From: Acidimicrobiia bacterium
Lineage (GTDB): Bacteria > Actinomycetota > Acidimicrobiia > IMCC26256 > PALSA-555
Direction of reading: 5' to 3'
Assembly (NCBI GenBank): GCA_035948415.1
Contig: DASZJD010000036.1
Location: 1,034-65,033 of the forward strand
DNA: 64,000 nucleotides
Position numbers and translations under genes: made by a program. Position 1 is the first letter of the stretch. Each line of letters starts with the position of its first letter. Positions 37,441 to 50,028 of the stretch are shown in pieces. Under the pieces are notes generated by a model, which worked only from the letters and a program-made list of their open reading frames with translations, made no database searches and had not been told where the DNA came from.

Positions 37441-38285
37441 TACGCCGCCTCGCGCAGCGCGTCGAGGAGCGCCACCGCCTGCGCCGCCGGTCGCACCGCG
37501 TGGACCCGCACCACCCGGGCTCCGTGGCCGAGCGCCCAGACCACGGTGGCGAGGGTGGCGTCGTCTCGCTCCTCGGGGGGCGGCTCGGCGCCGGTGGCGT
37601 CCCGCAGCAGCGCCCCGAGGAACCGCTTCCGTGACGGCCCAACGACCACGGGGACGGCCACGCGGTCGTGCAGCTCGTCGAGGCGGGCGAGGAGGGTCAG
37701 GTTGTGGGCTGCGGTCTTGCCGAACCCGATGCCGGGGTCAGCCGCCAGCGCGGCGTCGGGGATGCCCGCCGAGCGCGCGGCTTCGAGCCGGTCGAGGAGG
37801 AAGTCGCCGACCTCGACGACGACGTCGTCGTACCGGGGGTCGTCCTGCATGGTGCGAGGTTCGCCGAGCATGTGCATGACGACGAACCCGGCGCCCCGGT
37901 CCGCGATGACCTCGAGCATGGCGGGGTGCTGGCGCCCGGCCGACACGTCGTTGACGATGACCGCGCCGGCGTCGAGGGCCGCGGCGGCGACGGTCGCCTT
38001 CGTGGTGTCGACGCTGACAGGGACGCCGGCATCGGCGGCGAGGCGCTCGATGACCGGGAGGACCCGTCGGCGCTCCTCGTGCTCGTCGACCGGGCTGGCG
38101 CCCGGGCGGGTCGACTCGCCGCCCACGTCCAGCAGGGTGGCGCCGGCCGAGGCGAGCGCGTGACCGTGCGCGACAGCGGCTTCGACGTCGAGGTAGCGGC
38201 CGCCGTCCGAGAACGAGTCGGGGGTGACATTGACGATTCCCATCACCGCCGGGCGCTCTCCGCACACGCTCACCCAGGCGAACAC
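37440..38285 (-). CDS. folP: dihydropteroate synthase
   Basis: Motifs are MGIVNVTPDSFSDGG and DVGGESTRPG. Start candidates are GTG 38285, GTG 38273 and ATG 38243. Confidence 0.92.
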   Translation of the reverse strand: MFAWVSVCGERPAVMGIVNVTPDSFSDGGRYLDVEAAVAHGHALASAGATLLDVGGESTRPGASPVDEHEERRRVLPVIERLAADAGVPVSVDTTKATVAAAALDAGAVIVNDVSAGRQHPAMLEVIADRGAGFVVMHMLGEPRTMQDDPRYDDVVVEVGDFLLDRLEAARSAGIPDAALAADPGIGFGKTAAHNLTLLARLDELHDRVAVPVVVGPSRKRFLGALLRDATGAEPPPEERDDATLATVVWALGHGARVVRVHAVRPAAQAVALLDALREAA

Positions 38286-38485
38286 CGGGCGGATCGTACC
38301 GGCGCCGGTGCGGCACCGCGCCGGGACCGGCACGCGCCCGCCGCGGTCACGCCTCGCGGCGAGGCAGGGACCTCGACGCCCTCGTGGCCGGCCTCGGCGC
38401 GACCGCAGCACCTCGGCCCGCCCGCGTCGCGGCATCGTGTGGCTGCCCGTCGCGTCCGGACGCCGCCACCGAGGCCCCCGTGGCG

Positions 38486-39087
38486 TCAGAGGCGGTTGGC
38501 CTGAGCGGTGATGAGGCTCATCGCCTCGGCGCGGGTCGCCGCGTTCGTCTTGAACAGGCCCCGCACGGCCGACGTGACCGTCAGCGCGCCCGCCTTCTTC
38601 ACCCCACGCATCGACATGCAGAGGTGCTCGGCCTCCATCATCACCAGCACGCCCTCGGGCTGGAGGGCCTCGACGAGCGCGTCGGCGATCTGGGTGGTGA
38701 GGCGCTCCTGAACCTGGGGACGCCGGGCGAAGCCCTCGACGAGCCGCGCGATCTTCGAGAGGCCGGTGATGCGGCCGTCCGGCCCGGGGATGTAGGCGAC
38801 GTGGGCGTGCCCGGCGAAGGGGATGAGGTGGTGCTCACAGACGCCGTAGAGCGGGATGCCGCGGACGAGCACCATCTCGTCGTGGTCGGCCTCGAAGGTG
38901 ACGGTCAGGTGCGAGGCCGGGTCCTCGTGCAGGCCCCGGAAGATCTCGGCGTACATGCGCGCCACCCGCTCCGGGGTGCGCAGCAGCCCGTCGCGATCCG
39001 GGTCCTCGCCGATGGCCTCGAGGATCTCCCGCACCGCCTTCTCGATTCGCCCGAGGTCGATCTGGGCGTCGTTGTTGCCGACGTCGC

Positions 39088-39091
<4 letters not shown>
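38486..39091 (-). CDS. folE: GTP cyclohydrolase I
   Basis: The zinc-site motif is [18 protein letters not shown]. It overlaps the ftsH stop by 4 nt. Confidence 0.95.
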
Positions 39092-40973
<1,882 letters not shown>

Positions 40974-40977
<4 letters not shown>

Positions 40978-41573
40978 GTCGGGTCGGGCCCCAGGTACTG
41001 ATGGACTTGGGGGATGTTGCGGTACCGCTCGCGGACGTCGAGCCCGTAGCCGACGACGAAGGCGGGCGGGATCCGGAAGCCCACGTAGCGCAGGTTGAGC
41101 TCCGACTTCTGGAGCCCCTCCTTGACGAGCAGCGCGCAGACCTCCAAGGAGCGCGGCCCCCGGGCGGCCAGGTTCTTGCGGAGGTACTGCAGCGTGAGGC
41201 CCGAGTCCACGATGTCCTCGACGATGAGGACGTCCCGCCCGGTCAGGTCCAGGTCGAGGTCCTTGATGATGCGGACCACCCCGCTCGTCCGCGTCGCGGA
41301 CCCGTACGACGAGACGGCCATGAAGTCGAACTCGACTGGGAGCTCGATGGCGCGGGCCAGGTCGCTCATGAACATGCACGCGCCCTTGAGGACGCCGACG
41401 AGCAGCGGCGCCCGCGACGCGTAGTCGGCGGTGACCTCCTTGCCGAGCTCGGCGATCCGCCGGTGCAGGTCGTCCTCGCTGACCACGACCGGCCCGAGGT
41501 GGCGGTCGGCGACGCCGCTGCGCGGATCCGCGAAGACCCGGTCCGCCCCCCCGTCGGGGCCCGCGTCGCTCAC
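40974..41573 (-). CDS. hpt: hypoxanthine phosphoribosyltransferase
   Basis: GTG 41573 forms a GTGA overlap with the tilS stop. The PRPP loop is VLIVEDIVDSGLTL. Confidence 0.9.
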
Positions 41574-42484
41574 CCGCTGACGGTACCGCGGTCGACGCAG
41601 AGTTGACCCTGACGCCGCTCGACTCGTCGCCCCCCGGCCACCTCGGTGGCCCGGCACTCCCCGGCGGCGACGGCGAGCACCCGCTCCACCTCGGCGAGCG
41701 ACGGCGGCGGCGGTCCGAGCCACCGCCGGACGGCACGCCGGGCCAGGACCCGGGGCAGCCGGCCCAGCGCGGCCGCGGCGACGGACCCGTCGGCGGGCCA
41801 GGCCGCGTCGGCGAGCTCGTCGAGGTACTCGGATTCCGCGCGCAGCACCTCGGCCTGGCGGGCGAGGACCGGCACCAGGTCCCGCCGGGCGCCGTCACTC
41901 AGCAGCGGCAGCACCTCGTGGCGGATCCAGTTGCGCCGGACCGCCCGATCGTCGTTCGTGGGGTCGCGGACCGGCACCAGGCCGAGCGCCGCGCACACCG
42001 CCTCGGTATCGGCCCGGCGCACGCCCAGCAGGGGGCGGACCAGCACGCCGCGGCGGGCGGGCATCGCGCCGAGCCCGGCCGCGGCGCTGCCCCGGAGCAG
42101 GTTCAGCAGCACGGTCTCGGCCTGGTCGTCGGCGGTGTGGCCGACGAGCGTGACCGCCGCCCCTCGCTGCCGCCGGACCCGCTCGAGGGCGGCGTAGCGG
42201 GCGTCGCGCGCTCGGGCCTCGAGGTTCGCGCCGGCGGGGACGCGGACGGTCTCGGCCACGAACGGGACGCCGAGCCGGCCGGCCTGGTCGGCGACCGTCT
42301 CCGTGTCGGCGTCGCTCCCGGGCCGGAGCCCGTGGTCGACGTGCACGACCACCGGGTCGAGCGCCTGGTGGTGGGCGACGTGCAGGAGGGCGAGCGAATC
42401 GGGTCCCCCCGAGCAGCCGACGACGGCGGGGCGGTCGGTGGTGGCGAGCCCCACGAGCCGCCGGGCGAGCTCCTCCAGCAGCAC
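41570..42484 (-). CDS. tilS: tRNA(Ile)-lysidine synthase
   Basis: The PP-loop motif is VGCSGGPDSLALL. Confidence 0.88.
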   Translation of the reverse strand: MLLEELARRLVGLATTDRPAVVGCSGGPDSLALLHVAHHQALDPVVVHVDHGLRPGSDADTETVADQAGRLGVPFVAETVRVPAGANLEARARDARYAALERVRRQRGAAVTLVGHTADDQAETVLLNLLRGSAAAGLGAMPARRGVLVRPLLGVRRADTEAVCAALGLVPVRDPTNDDRAVRRNWIRHEVLPLLSDGARRDLVPVLARQAEVLRAESEYLDELADAAWPADGSVAAAALGRLPRVLARRAVRRWLGPPPPSLAEVERVLAVAAGECRATEVAGGRRVERRQGQLCVDRGTVSG

Positions 42485-42485
42485 G

Positions 42486-43592
42486 TCAGCTCGCGGGGGC
42501 GGGCTCCCCGCGCTCGACCCGGGCCAGCCACTCGGGGGGCTGGGACAGCTCGTCGACCGTGGGCAGGAACTCCGGGCCGCGCCACGCCGGGTCCAGGCCC
42601 CGCGGTCCCGCCTCGCGCTCGACGGCCTCGACGAAGCGCTCCCCGACCTCGTACTGGCGCATCTTGGCGTCGAGACCGAGCACCCGGTAGAGCGCGCCGC
42701 TGACCCCGCGAGAGCGGCGGCGGGCGCGCAGCACCCGGGCCATCCGGTCCTGCCCGGGCACGTGGACCCGGCCGAGCTCGTTCATGACTCGGTTGCCGTG
42801 CCCCTCGAGCACCGACATGAGCGCCTGGATGCTCCCGAGCACCCCGCGGTGCTCCGGCGTGGCGAGCAACGCCACGATCCCGCCCTCGTCGAGCGGGTTG
42901 CGCCCCTGACGCAGCTCGTCGGCCGCGCGCAGCAGTGAACGGACCAACGCGCGGGGATCGGTGTCGATCATGCCCGTCGCCTGCTCCACGAGCCCGAGGA
43001 AGTAGTCGCGCATCCACGGGACGCCACCGAACTGGGCCCGGTGCGTGACCTCGTGGATCGCCACCCAGAGCCGGAAGTCGCGAGGGCGGAAGGCGAAGCG
43101 CTTCTCGAGCCCGAGGACGTTCGGTCCGACGTAGTAGACGGCGTCGCTGGCGCCGTCGCCGTCCTCGGGCACGAGCAGGTCGTACTGGCCGAGCACCCGC
43201 TGGGCGAACCACCCGAGCAGCACGCCGAGCTCGGTGGCGGCGACGGAGCGGCCGATCGGCGCGAGCGGGCTCTGGGCCATGCGCTCTCCCACGCGCTCGG
43301 TCAAGGGCGCGAGGAGCCGTCGCATCGAGCCGACGTTCACGTCGACCCAGCCGGCGCGGTCCAGCACGGTTGCGGTGGCTTGCCCGGGTGCGTGCAGCCC
43401 GGTGTGCGCGGCGACGAGCGCCTCCGCCTGGCTGGTGACGGCGGCGAAGTCGTTGCGAAGCGACTCGGCCAGGTAGCAGTCGGCGAGCGGCTCGCGGCCC
43501 GCGACCCGACGGGCGACGCGCGAGGCCAGGGCCCAGTCGACGGGGTCGGGCGCTGCGGACCGATCCGTGCTGCTCGGCGCGGTGGCAGTCAC
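42486..43592 (-). CDS. zinc-dependent metalloprotease, DUF2342 family
   Basis: It has the HEVTHRAQF (HExxH) motif. GTG 43592 forms a GTGA overlap with the upstream small ORF. The position upstream of tilS matches mycobacteria. Confidence 0.75.
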   Translation of the reverse strand: MTATAPSSTDRSAAPDPVDWALASRVARRVAGREPLADCYLAESLRNDFAAVTSQAEALVAAHTGLHAPGQATATVLDRAGWVDVNVGSMRRLLAPLTERVGERMAQSPLAPIGRSVAATELGVLLGWFAQRVLGQYDLLVPEDGDGASDAVYYVGPNVLGLEKRFAFRPRDFRLWVAIHEVTHRAQFGGVPWMRDYFLGLVEQATGMIDTDPRALVRSLLRAADELRQGRNPLDEGGIVALLATPEHRGVLGSIQALMSVLEGHGNRVMNELGRVHVPGQDRMARVLRARRRSRGVSGALYRVLGLDAKMRQYEVGERFVEAVEREAGPRGLDPAWRGPEFLPTVDELSQPPEWLARVERGEPAPAS

Positions 43593-43822
43593 TCCCTGAC
43601 CTTGCGGCCCCGGTACTTCGGGATCAGCACCTTCCTGATGTAGCCACCCCACAACGTGAAGATCAGCCCCAGCGCGCTGAACGCGAGGATCGGGGCCGTC
43701 CAGTAGAACCACGCGTACTGCTGGTTGGCGACGAGCGTCGTCGCGCCGGCGGGCGACGCGGCGACCACGACGCCGACCGCCGTCAACGTCGCGACTCGAA
43801 GCGCTCGCACGCCCGCCATCAT
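43589..43822 (-). CDS. small membrane protein (signal/TM + one TM), hypothetical
   Basis: Its hydrophobic segments are ATLTAVGVVVAASPAGA and WTAPILAFSALGLIFTLWGGY, with a basic C-terminus. It appears translationally coupled to the downstream gene. Confidence 0.5.
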   Translation of the reverse strand: MMAGVRALRVATLTAVGVVVAASPAGATTLVANQQYAWFYWTAPILAFSALGLIFTLWGGYIRKVLIPKYRGRKVRE

Positions 43823-43833
43823 ACGAGGCGAGG

Positions 43834-44070
43834 TCAGCGCTCCTCGTCAGCCGGGAGCCCGAGCGCGTCGGCGACGCGTCGCTTCAGCTCGGGCGGAACC
43901 TGATCTCTGCAGCGGGTGGCGATGACCTGCCGCAGCTCGATCTCGAAGTCGAACCCGTTGGCGCAGGGTGGGCAGCGGTCGAGGTGCCGGGCGATCACCC
44001 ACCGCCGCCAGACGGTCAGCTCACCGTCCAGGTAGAAGTACATGCGATGGAACGCCTTCTCGCAGTCCAT
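43834..44070 (-). CDS. rshA: redox-sensing ZAS anti-sigma factor (RsrA/RshA type)
   Basis: ATG 44070 gives MDCEKAF, followed by HLDRCPPCANGFDFEIELR. It lies directly downstream of sigH. Confidence 0.85.
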   Translation of the reverse strand: MDCEKAFHRMYFYLDGELTVWRRWVIARHLDRCPPCANGFDFEIELRQVIATRCRDQVPPELKRRVADALGLPADEER

Positions 44071-44116
44071 CTCGTGCCGGTCCTCGGTTCCCCCTGCTTC
44101 GCTTCCCGATCGTGGG

Positions 44117-44701
44117 CTAGGGCCCGCCGGCGGTCGCCGGCTCCGGGAGAAGCCCGCGTTCCTCAGCAAAGTGCCACAACCGCGACTGGAGCTGCTTTCT
44201 TCCGCGGTGGAGCCGGCTCATCACCGTCCCGATCGGGACATCCATGATGTCGGCGATCTCCTTGTAGGAGAAGCCCTCCACGTCGGCGAGCAGGACCGCC
44301 ATCCGGAACTGCTCGGGCAGCGACTCGAGCGCTTCCTTGACGGCCGCCTCCGGGATCGCCTCGAGGACCTCCGCCTCGGGAGTCCGATCGGCCGCGGCCG
44401 CCTCGAGGCCGCCGAGCCGACGGTAGAGGTAGAAGTCCTCCGTGTCGTCGAGGTCGGTCTCCTCCGGCCGCCGCTTCTTGGCCCGGTACGTGTTGATGAA
44501 CGTGTTCGTCAAGATCTTGTAGAGCCAGGCCTTGAGGTTCGTCCCGTCCTTGAAGCCGCCGAAGCCGCGATACGCGCGCAGGTAGGTCTCCTGAACGAGG
44601 TCCTCGGCGTCAGCCGGCTTGCGCGTCATCCGCAGCGCGGCCGAGTACAGCGCGTCCATGTACGGCATCGCGAGCTCAGCAAACCGGGCCTGATCGGCCA
44701 T
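44117..44701 (-). CDS. sigH: ECF sigma factor SigH/SigR type
   Basis: Motifs are [37 protein letters not shown] and [28 protein letters not shown]. Confidence 0.9.
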   Translation of the reverse strand: MADQARFAELAMPYMDALYSAALRMTRKPADAEDLVQETYLRAYRGFGGFKDGTNLKAWLYKILTNTFINTYRAKKRRPEETDLDDTEDFYLYRRLGGLEAAAADRTPEAEVLEAIPEAAVKEALESLPEQFRMAVLLADVEGFSYKEIADIMDVPIGTVMSRLHRGRKQLQSRLWHFAEERGLLPEPATAGGP

Positions 44702-44884
44702 GGGCGGAGCATAGGCCGGGGGTCAAACCGAACCACTGCCGTATCTGCGCCCGAGCCAGCGGGATCCGCGCGCCCGTGGACGCGGGCGGAGGGACGAGGC
44801 CCACCACCCTCCGTCGGGGCCCCTCAAGGTTCGGCCCGCTCCTGGTCGACACCACCCTGCGGGCGGCCGAGCTGAGGACACGGC

Positions 44885-46240
44885 ATGGGCAAGCGAGCGG
44901 GGGTCCTGACGGCGGGCGGCGTGCTCGCCCTGCTCGTCGCGGCGTGCCAGGCGCCCGCGCCGCCGCCTCCGAGCTCCATGAGCCTCGGTTGGCACGCGTC
45001 GGGCATCAACGGGCCGATCGCGGCCGACCCCGCCGAGAACCTGCTGTGGGCGATGAACAAGGGCACGGGCACCCTCACCGCATTGGACGCCAGCACCGGC
45101 GGCGTCCGGGCCCAGCACGTGGTGGCGATGGACGCCCAAGAGCACTTCCCGACGCCGGCCGTCGTCCCCAACTGGGTCCTCATCGAGAGCGGCCACCACG
45201 TCGTGGCGTTCTCGACGCCCGCGGTGGCGTCGGCGACGTCGTGGACCTCGGCCCTGCTGGACGGGATCGTGCAAGCACGTCCCCTCGTCGTGAACGGCAT
45301 CGTCGTCGTCGCGACCGAGAACGACTCGCTCTACGGCCTCCGCCTCGGTGACGGCACGACCGCGTGGGGGCCCGTCAGCATCGGCGGCGCGGAACCCCTC
45401 AGCCACGTGCAGACGTTCCCGGGTCTGGGCGGCTGCGGCGACCTCGACCCGCTCGGGATCACGAGCAACCCGGTCCTCGACAACGGCTCCGTCTACGCGG
45501 TCGGCGAGGTCTCGACCGGCACCGGGGCGGGCGCGCACCCGCCCGTGCACAAGCTCGCTGGCCTGGACCCGGCGACCGGTCTCTTCACGCTGAACCCGAT
45601 CGCGATCGATCCGCCGGGGATGAACCCGCCCGCCGAGCAGCAGCGGGCCGGGCTCGTGGCCGGCAACGGGCACGTGTACATCGGGTTCGGGGGCCTGGCC
45701 GGCGACTGCGGCAGCTACCACGGCTGGATCGTCGCTGCCAACGAGTCCGACGGCAGCGTCGCCGGCAGTCTCGAGGTGGCGGCGGCGAGCAACGCCGGCG
45801 CCGTGTGGGCGACCTCTGGCCCGACGCTGGACAGCGCCGGCAACGTCTACGCGTCGACCGGCAATGGCCAGGGCAGCCCGAACCCGGGCACGGACTACAG
45901 CGACGCAGTCGTGAGGGTCTCACCGAGCATCTCCGGTGCGCAGACCGTTCCCGCCGACTACTTCCAGCCCGCGGAGTGGCGAAGCGACAACGCCGCTGAC
46001 GCCGATCTGGGGTCGGCGGGGCCAGTGCTGCTTCCGAGCGGGAGCCAGCTGTTCATCATCGGCAAGCAGCACAACGCGTTCGTTCTCAACACGAGCTCGT
46101 TGGGCGGCGGCGACCACCTGACCCCGGCGAGCCGGCTGAACAACGCGTGCAGCGGCGGGGCCTTCGGGCAGAACGCGGTGTTGGCATCGTCGGCGTACGT
46201 CGCCTGCTCGACCGGCATGCAGCAGGTCCACCTGCCGTAG
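44885..46240 (+). CDS. secreted PQQ-like beta-propeller repeat lipoprotein
   Basis: It has a lipobox (LALLVAAC) and repeated hydrophobic-Gly/Asp blade patterns (VVVATENDSLYGLRLGDGTTAW; NGHVYIGFGG; GNVYASTGNG). Confidence 0.55.
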   Translation: MGKRAGVLTAGGVLALLVAACQAPAPPPPSSMSLGWHASGINGPIAADPAENLLWAMNKGTGTLTALDASTGGVRAQHVVAMDAQEHFPTPAVVPNWVLIESGHHVVAFSTPAVASATSWTSALLDGIVQARPLVVNGIVVVATENDSLYGLRLGDGTTAWGPVSIGGAEPLSHVQTFPGLGGCGDLDPLGITSNPVLDNGSVYAVGEVSTGTGAGAHPPVHKLAGLDPATGLFTLNPIAIDPPGMNPPAEQQRAGLVAGNGHVYIGFGGLAGDCGSYHGWIVAANESDGSVAGSLEVAAASNAGAVWATSGPTLDSAGNVYASTGNGQGSPNPGTDYSDAVVRVSPSISGAQTVPADYFQPAEWRSDNAADADLGSAGPVLLPSGSQLFIIGKQHNAFVLNTSSLGGGDHLTPASRLNNACSGGAFGQNAVLASSAYVACSTGMQQVHLP

Positions 46241-46276
46241 CGATCGCCGCCCGGCGGGCCTGCTCGAGACCTCTCG

Positions 46277-46852
46277 CTACCTCCAGCTCGAGGTTCGCCC
46301 CACGAAGGCCAGCAGCCGTTCCTGGTCGGTGTCTCCCGGCTCCGACAGCGCGGCGGCGTACGCGCGCCCGGTGCCACGCATCTCGGGCTGGACGAACCAC
46401 CGCTCGGTGTCCAGGGCGAAGCGGGCGAGCTCCGGATCGATCGCGGCGTCCTGATGCGTCGCCTCCGCGAGATCCCACCCGTGCACCAGCACGTCGGCCT
46501 GATGGATCGCGAGCGCCTCACGGCCGGCACGCTCACCGAGCGGCAGCCGGTAGCTGCGGTCGAGGGCGCCGGCCTCTCGCCAGGCGGCCACGCCCGCTCG
46601 CGCCGCGACGTCGTACGAGGCGAAGGGGTCGTCCCCGACCAGGTCGGAGAGGCCGCGCATGAGCTCCTCGACGGGTTCGCCGGCCGCCAGGGCCTTGAAG
46701 TACCAGATGCCGGCGACGATGTGCGCCACGAGGGCGCGCACGTTCCAGTCGCGGCAGGGCGTGGGCTGCTGGAGGTCCTCGCGACGCACGCCGGCGATCC
46801 GCTGGCCGGTCCACACGAGGGTGCGCTCGTAGGCGCCGATGACGTCCATCAC
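46277..46852 (-). CDS. DinB-like / mycothiol maleylpyruvate isomerase N-terminal domain protein (TIGR03086-type)
   Basis: Motifs are PTPCRDWNVRALVAHIV and IHQADVLVHGWDLAEAT. Confidence 0.65.
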   Translation of the reverse strand: MMDVIGAYERTLVWTGQRIAGVRREDLQQPTPCRDWNVRALVAHIVAGIWYFKALAAGEPVEELMRGLSDLVGDDPFASYDVAARAGVAAWREAGALDRSYRLPLGERAGREALAIHQADVLVHGWDLAEATHQDAAIDPELARFALDTERWFVQPEMRGTGRAYAAALSEPGDTDQERLLAFVGRTSSWR

Positions 46853-47058
46853 AACCGCCGGCCCTCGGCGGGGCCCGGCCGACCGACGTCGAGCTGGCCC
46901 ATGGGCCGCAATGTAGGTCCTGTGCCCTCAGGCTGCGCCGGGGTCCAGGGTGCGGCTGGTGGCCGACGCCGGAGCCGCGCCGGTCCTGCCGACGGCCGGC
47001 GCGCGGCCGCGCCGTGCGGCCTCGGGCCGAGCGCCGGAGGACGCGGCGGCGGGAGCGG

Positions 47059-47832
47059 TCAGGTGTGGAGCGTGGCGCGCACGCCCCTCCGGTACGCGGA
47101 GGGAAAGAAGGTGCGGGCGACCGGTGCGACCCGGGCCAGATGGGTGGCGTCGAGCTCGACGCGACGCTTCCCGAGGCCCTGGACGACGAGGCGCGCCACC
47201 TGCTCGGGCGTCCGGCGGACGAAGCGAGGAGGCAGGTTCGGGTCCTCGTGACCGTCGGGCTGGGTCATCTCGGTCGGCACCCACCCCGGGTAGAGCACGT
47301 GGAGCTGGACGCCGTCCGCCTCGGTCTCGAAGGACAGCGCCTCCGTGAACGCGCTGACCGCCGCCTTCGACGCGGAGTAGCCGGCCTCGCCGGGGGTCGG
47401 GGCGCGGGCGCTGTCCGAGGAGACGTTCACGATTACTCCGCGCCGACGGGCCCGCATGCCGGGGAGCACCGCGAGGGTGCCCGCCACGACGGCGAAGTAG
47501 TTCGTCTCCATCAGCACTCGGTGCCGGGCCAGGCCGTCGATCTCGGGCTCGGGAATGGCGGCGTTGTTGATCAAGATGTCGATCCGGCCCCGGTTCGCCT
47601 CGATCTCGCGCAGAACGCGCGCGTACCCGTCGGTGTCGCTGACGTCGCACACGACGAAGCCGGATTCTGGGCTGGACTGTCTGAGCAGCTCAGCCAGCTC
47701 GCGGAGGCGTGCCTCCCGCCTCGCGAGCGCGACGACCGTTGCGTCGGCTGCGGCCAGCTCGAGCGCGAGCTGGCGCCCGATGCCCGACGAGGCGCCGGTG
47801 ACGACCGCGACCGACCCGGGAACGGTGAGCAT
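47059..47832 (-). CDS. SDR family oxidoreductase
   Basis: ATG 47832 is the start. Motifs are VTGASSGIGR, NNAA and YSASKAAV. Confidence 0.85.
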   Translation of the reverse strand: MLTVPGSVAVVTGASSGIGRQLALELAAADATVVALARREARLRELAELLRQSSPESGFVVCDVSDTDGYARVLREIEANRGRIDILINNAAIPEPEIDGLARHRVLMETNYFAVVAGTLAVLPGMRARRRGVIVNVSSDSARAPTPGEAGYSASKAAVSAFTEALSFETEADGVQLHVLYPGWVPTEMTQPDGHEDPNLPPRFVRRTPEQVARLVVQGLGKRRVELDATHLARVAPVARTFFPSAYRRGVRATLHT

Positions 47833-48027
47833 GGCGACTCCCTCGCTAGTTCGTGGCCGCTCCATGGTGCCCCCCGGTGCTGCGGCTCACCAGCGAGGGG
47901 GACGCTCGAGACGGCTGGCTGGGAACCAGCCCTCGGCCCGGGTCCCCGCCGCGGAGCGGCGTCCGACCGACTGGGTGGCGGTCGAAGTGCCCGCCGCCCG
48001 CCGACGGCCACGGCGAGCTGCCGGGCC

Positions 48028-48807
48028 TCATCCACCGGAGCCCGCTCCCGACGCCAGGTCGTACACGGCCTGCACCGGCCAGTGGTCCGAGGGCGCGACG
48101 TCGTCGGCGTAGACGTGCGGGACCGACGCAGCGACCGCTCGTGCGTGCCGGTTCGCGACGATCCAGTCGTACACGAACGCGGTCGAGAAGCCCGCGACGC
48201 CGAACCGGCTCACGCTGGCTGGCATCGTCGGTGGCGGAAGCTGGCCGAGCGCTCCAAAGCAGCTCGTGTAGCCGGCGCCGAACAGCGCGGCCACCGGGAG
48301 CAGGGCGTCGTTGAAGTCGCCGGTCAGGAAGGCGGGCTCGTCCGCGCCGACGATCTCGCGCAGGGCGGCGATGACGGCCTGGGTCTCTCGCACCCGGGGC
48401 GTGGCCCCGGTCCGCAGCTCGTCGCCGGCGGCGTCGGTGAGGTGGACCGTCGCCACAACCATCGACCGATCCCAGCCCTGGGGCCGCAGCCGAACCCAAA
48501 ACAGTCGACGTCGCGGGTAGGCGACGATGCCGACGTCCTCGGCGCCGTGCCTGACCTCGTCGAAGAGATCCGACCGCCACCACAGGTTGCTCTCGAGGGT
48601 CCAGCCCTCGAAGGGGTCGGTCACGCGGGCGTGGCTCGGGAGCTGGTCATCGAGGAACGACTGGGTCGCGGGTGTCAGCTCCTGGGTGCACAGCACGTCG
48701 GGTCGATACCGGTCGCAGAAAGCGGCGAGCGCAGGTGCCCGCGCCGGCCACCGTTCGGTGCCCCAGAGGTTGTAGGTGACCAGGGAGAGCCGGACGGGGA
48801 ACACCAT
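48028..48807 (-). CDS. endonuclease/exonuclease/phosphatase (EEP) family protein
   Basis: Motifs are LVTYNLWG and DVLCTQEL near the N-terminus and SDHWPV at the C-terminus. Confidence 0.75.
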   Translation of the reverse strand: MVFPVRLSLVTYNLWGTERWPARAPALAAFCDRYRPDVLCTQELTPATQSFLDDQLPSHARVTDPFEGWTLESNLWWRSDLFDEVRHGAEDVGIVAYPRRRLFWVRLRPQGWDRSMVVATVHLTDAAGDELRTGATPRVRETQAVIAALREIVGADEPAFLTGDFNDALLPVAALFGAGYTSCFGALGQLPPPTMPASVSRFGVAGFSTAFVYDWIVANRHARAVAASVPHVYADDVAPSDHWPVQAVYDLASGAGSGG

Positions 48808-48870
48808 GCGCGCCTCCTGCGGGGCGCCGCGTATTCAAGCCGAAGAGACGGCCACGTGGTCGGCCTCGGC

Positions 48871-49932
48871 CTAGCGCGGGGGGAGCGACCAGTGCACGAG
48901 GTCGCCGCTGCGAGCCAGGGCCAGCTGGTCGTGCCCGGCGCCACCGAACCGGCGCACCTCTGGGGCGTCGGCGTACACCAGGTACACGCGCCCACCTAGG
49001 GGCTGGCGGTCGACGACGAACGCGCAGTTGGCGTGCTCGTAGGTGGCGCCCGTCGCTCCCCGACCTGGGTTCCATCGCTCCTGGGGCACGTGCAGCTCCC
49101 GCCCGCCAGACCAGTGGAGCCAGCCGCCGGGCGTCGTTGGGTCTCCGGCCAGCGTGAACAGGAATGGGCGGTCAAGCCGGTTGCTCGTGCCCAGGAGCTG
49201 CCAGCCGCCGCCGAGGTGGAGGAACTGGTAGTTCTCGATCGTGTCGGAGTAGACGCTGATGTCGGGTCGGCCGAGCAGCCGCCAGGGTCCGTCCAGCGAC
49301 CCGGTGGACGAGCGCGCGAGCTCGAACGCCTGGACGCCGTCGGTCCGGCCGTACTTGTACCCGAGCAGGAGACCGGCGGGCGTCCACGCGACCGCGGCAT
49401 CGATCATGCGATCAGCTGCCGCCGGGTGCAGCTCGAGACCGAGTGGGCGCGCGGGCGAGTAGCGGCGGAAGTCCGAGGTGGTCCGGTAGTAGAGCTTGGG
49501 CTGCGACCCGGTCTGGTCGTGCACGAACGACTGGTAGGTGACGACGAACGAGGAGCCGTCCGGGGTGGGAACCACGTCAGGCGATGCCTCTCCCTCCACG
49601 GCCGCGTCATGGGGAAGCTCGCCCCGGGGCGACCAGCGGGAGAGGTCCGCGCTCGTCGCGCTGCCGATGCGCCATTGGCCGGCCGGCGTCACCGAGCTGA
49701 ACAGCGCCTGCCAACGTCCCGCCGCCCACACCACCGCGGGATCCTTCACCGCCCGGTCCCGATAGCCGAGGATCGGGTTCCGCAGTCGAGCCCACGCGAT
49801 CGACCGAGGGCTCTCGACCGTCCGCGCCGGCGCAGCTCCGAAGGTGACGACTGCGAGTACGGCGATCAAGCCAGTTCCACTGCGCGCGGCTCGTCGCGCG
49901 GTCTCGGACGTGACCGTGGTCACGACACCCAC
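48871..49932 (-). CDS. secreted five-bladed beta-propeller glycoside-hydrolase-like protein (GH43/32 clan-like)
   Basis: It has an N-terminal signal/TM segment. The motifs AVKDPAVVW, SPDVVPT and IDAAVAW resemble the blade pattern of this clan. The family assignment is tentative. Confidence 0.45.
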   Translation of the reverse strand: MGVVTTVTSETARRAARSGTGLIAVLAVVTFGAAPARTVESPRSIAWARLRNPILGYRDRAVKDPAVVWAAGRWQALFSSVTPAGQWRIGSATSADLSRWSPRGELPHDAAVEGEASPDVVPTPDGSSFVVTYQSFVHDQTGSQPKLYYRTTSDFRRYSPARPLGLELHPAAADRMIDAAVAWTPAGLLLGYKYGRTDGVQAFELARSSTGSLDGPWRLLGRPDISVYSDTIENYQFLHLGGGWQLLGTSNRLDRPFLFTLAGDPTTPGGWLHWSGGRELHVPQERWNPGRGATGATYEHANCAFVVDRQPLGGRVYLVYADAPEVRRFGGAGHDQLALARSGDLVHWSLPPR

Positions 49933-50028
49933 CGTTCACGCCCTCGTCGCGCGCTCGCGACGCGTTCGACAGACGGCGCGCCGAGACTCGAAGCGACGAA
50001 GACCCGATCACGAGCCGAGGAACGCGCC

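Noticed and set aside
43589-43822. Assigning the 77-aa membrane protein to a cytochrome oxidase small-subunit family
   Set aside because: The only evidence is the general hydrophobic pattern, with no diagnostic motif recognised. It is left as hypothetical.
44702-44884. SigR/SigH-type autoregulatory promoter (GGAAT-N18-GTT) upstream of sigH
   Set aside because: I could not find the motif on the minus strand of this intergenic region by eye, so no promoter is called.
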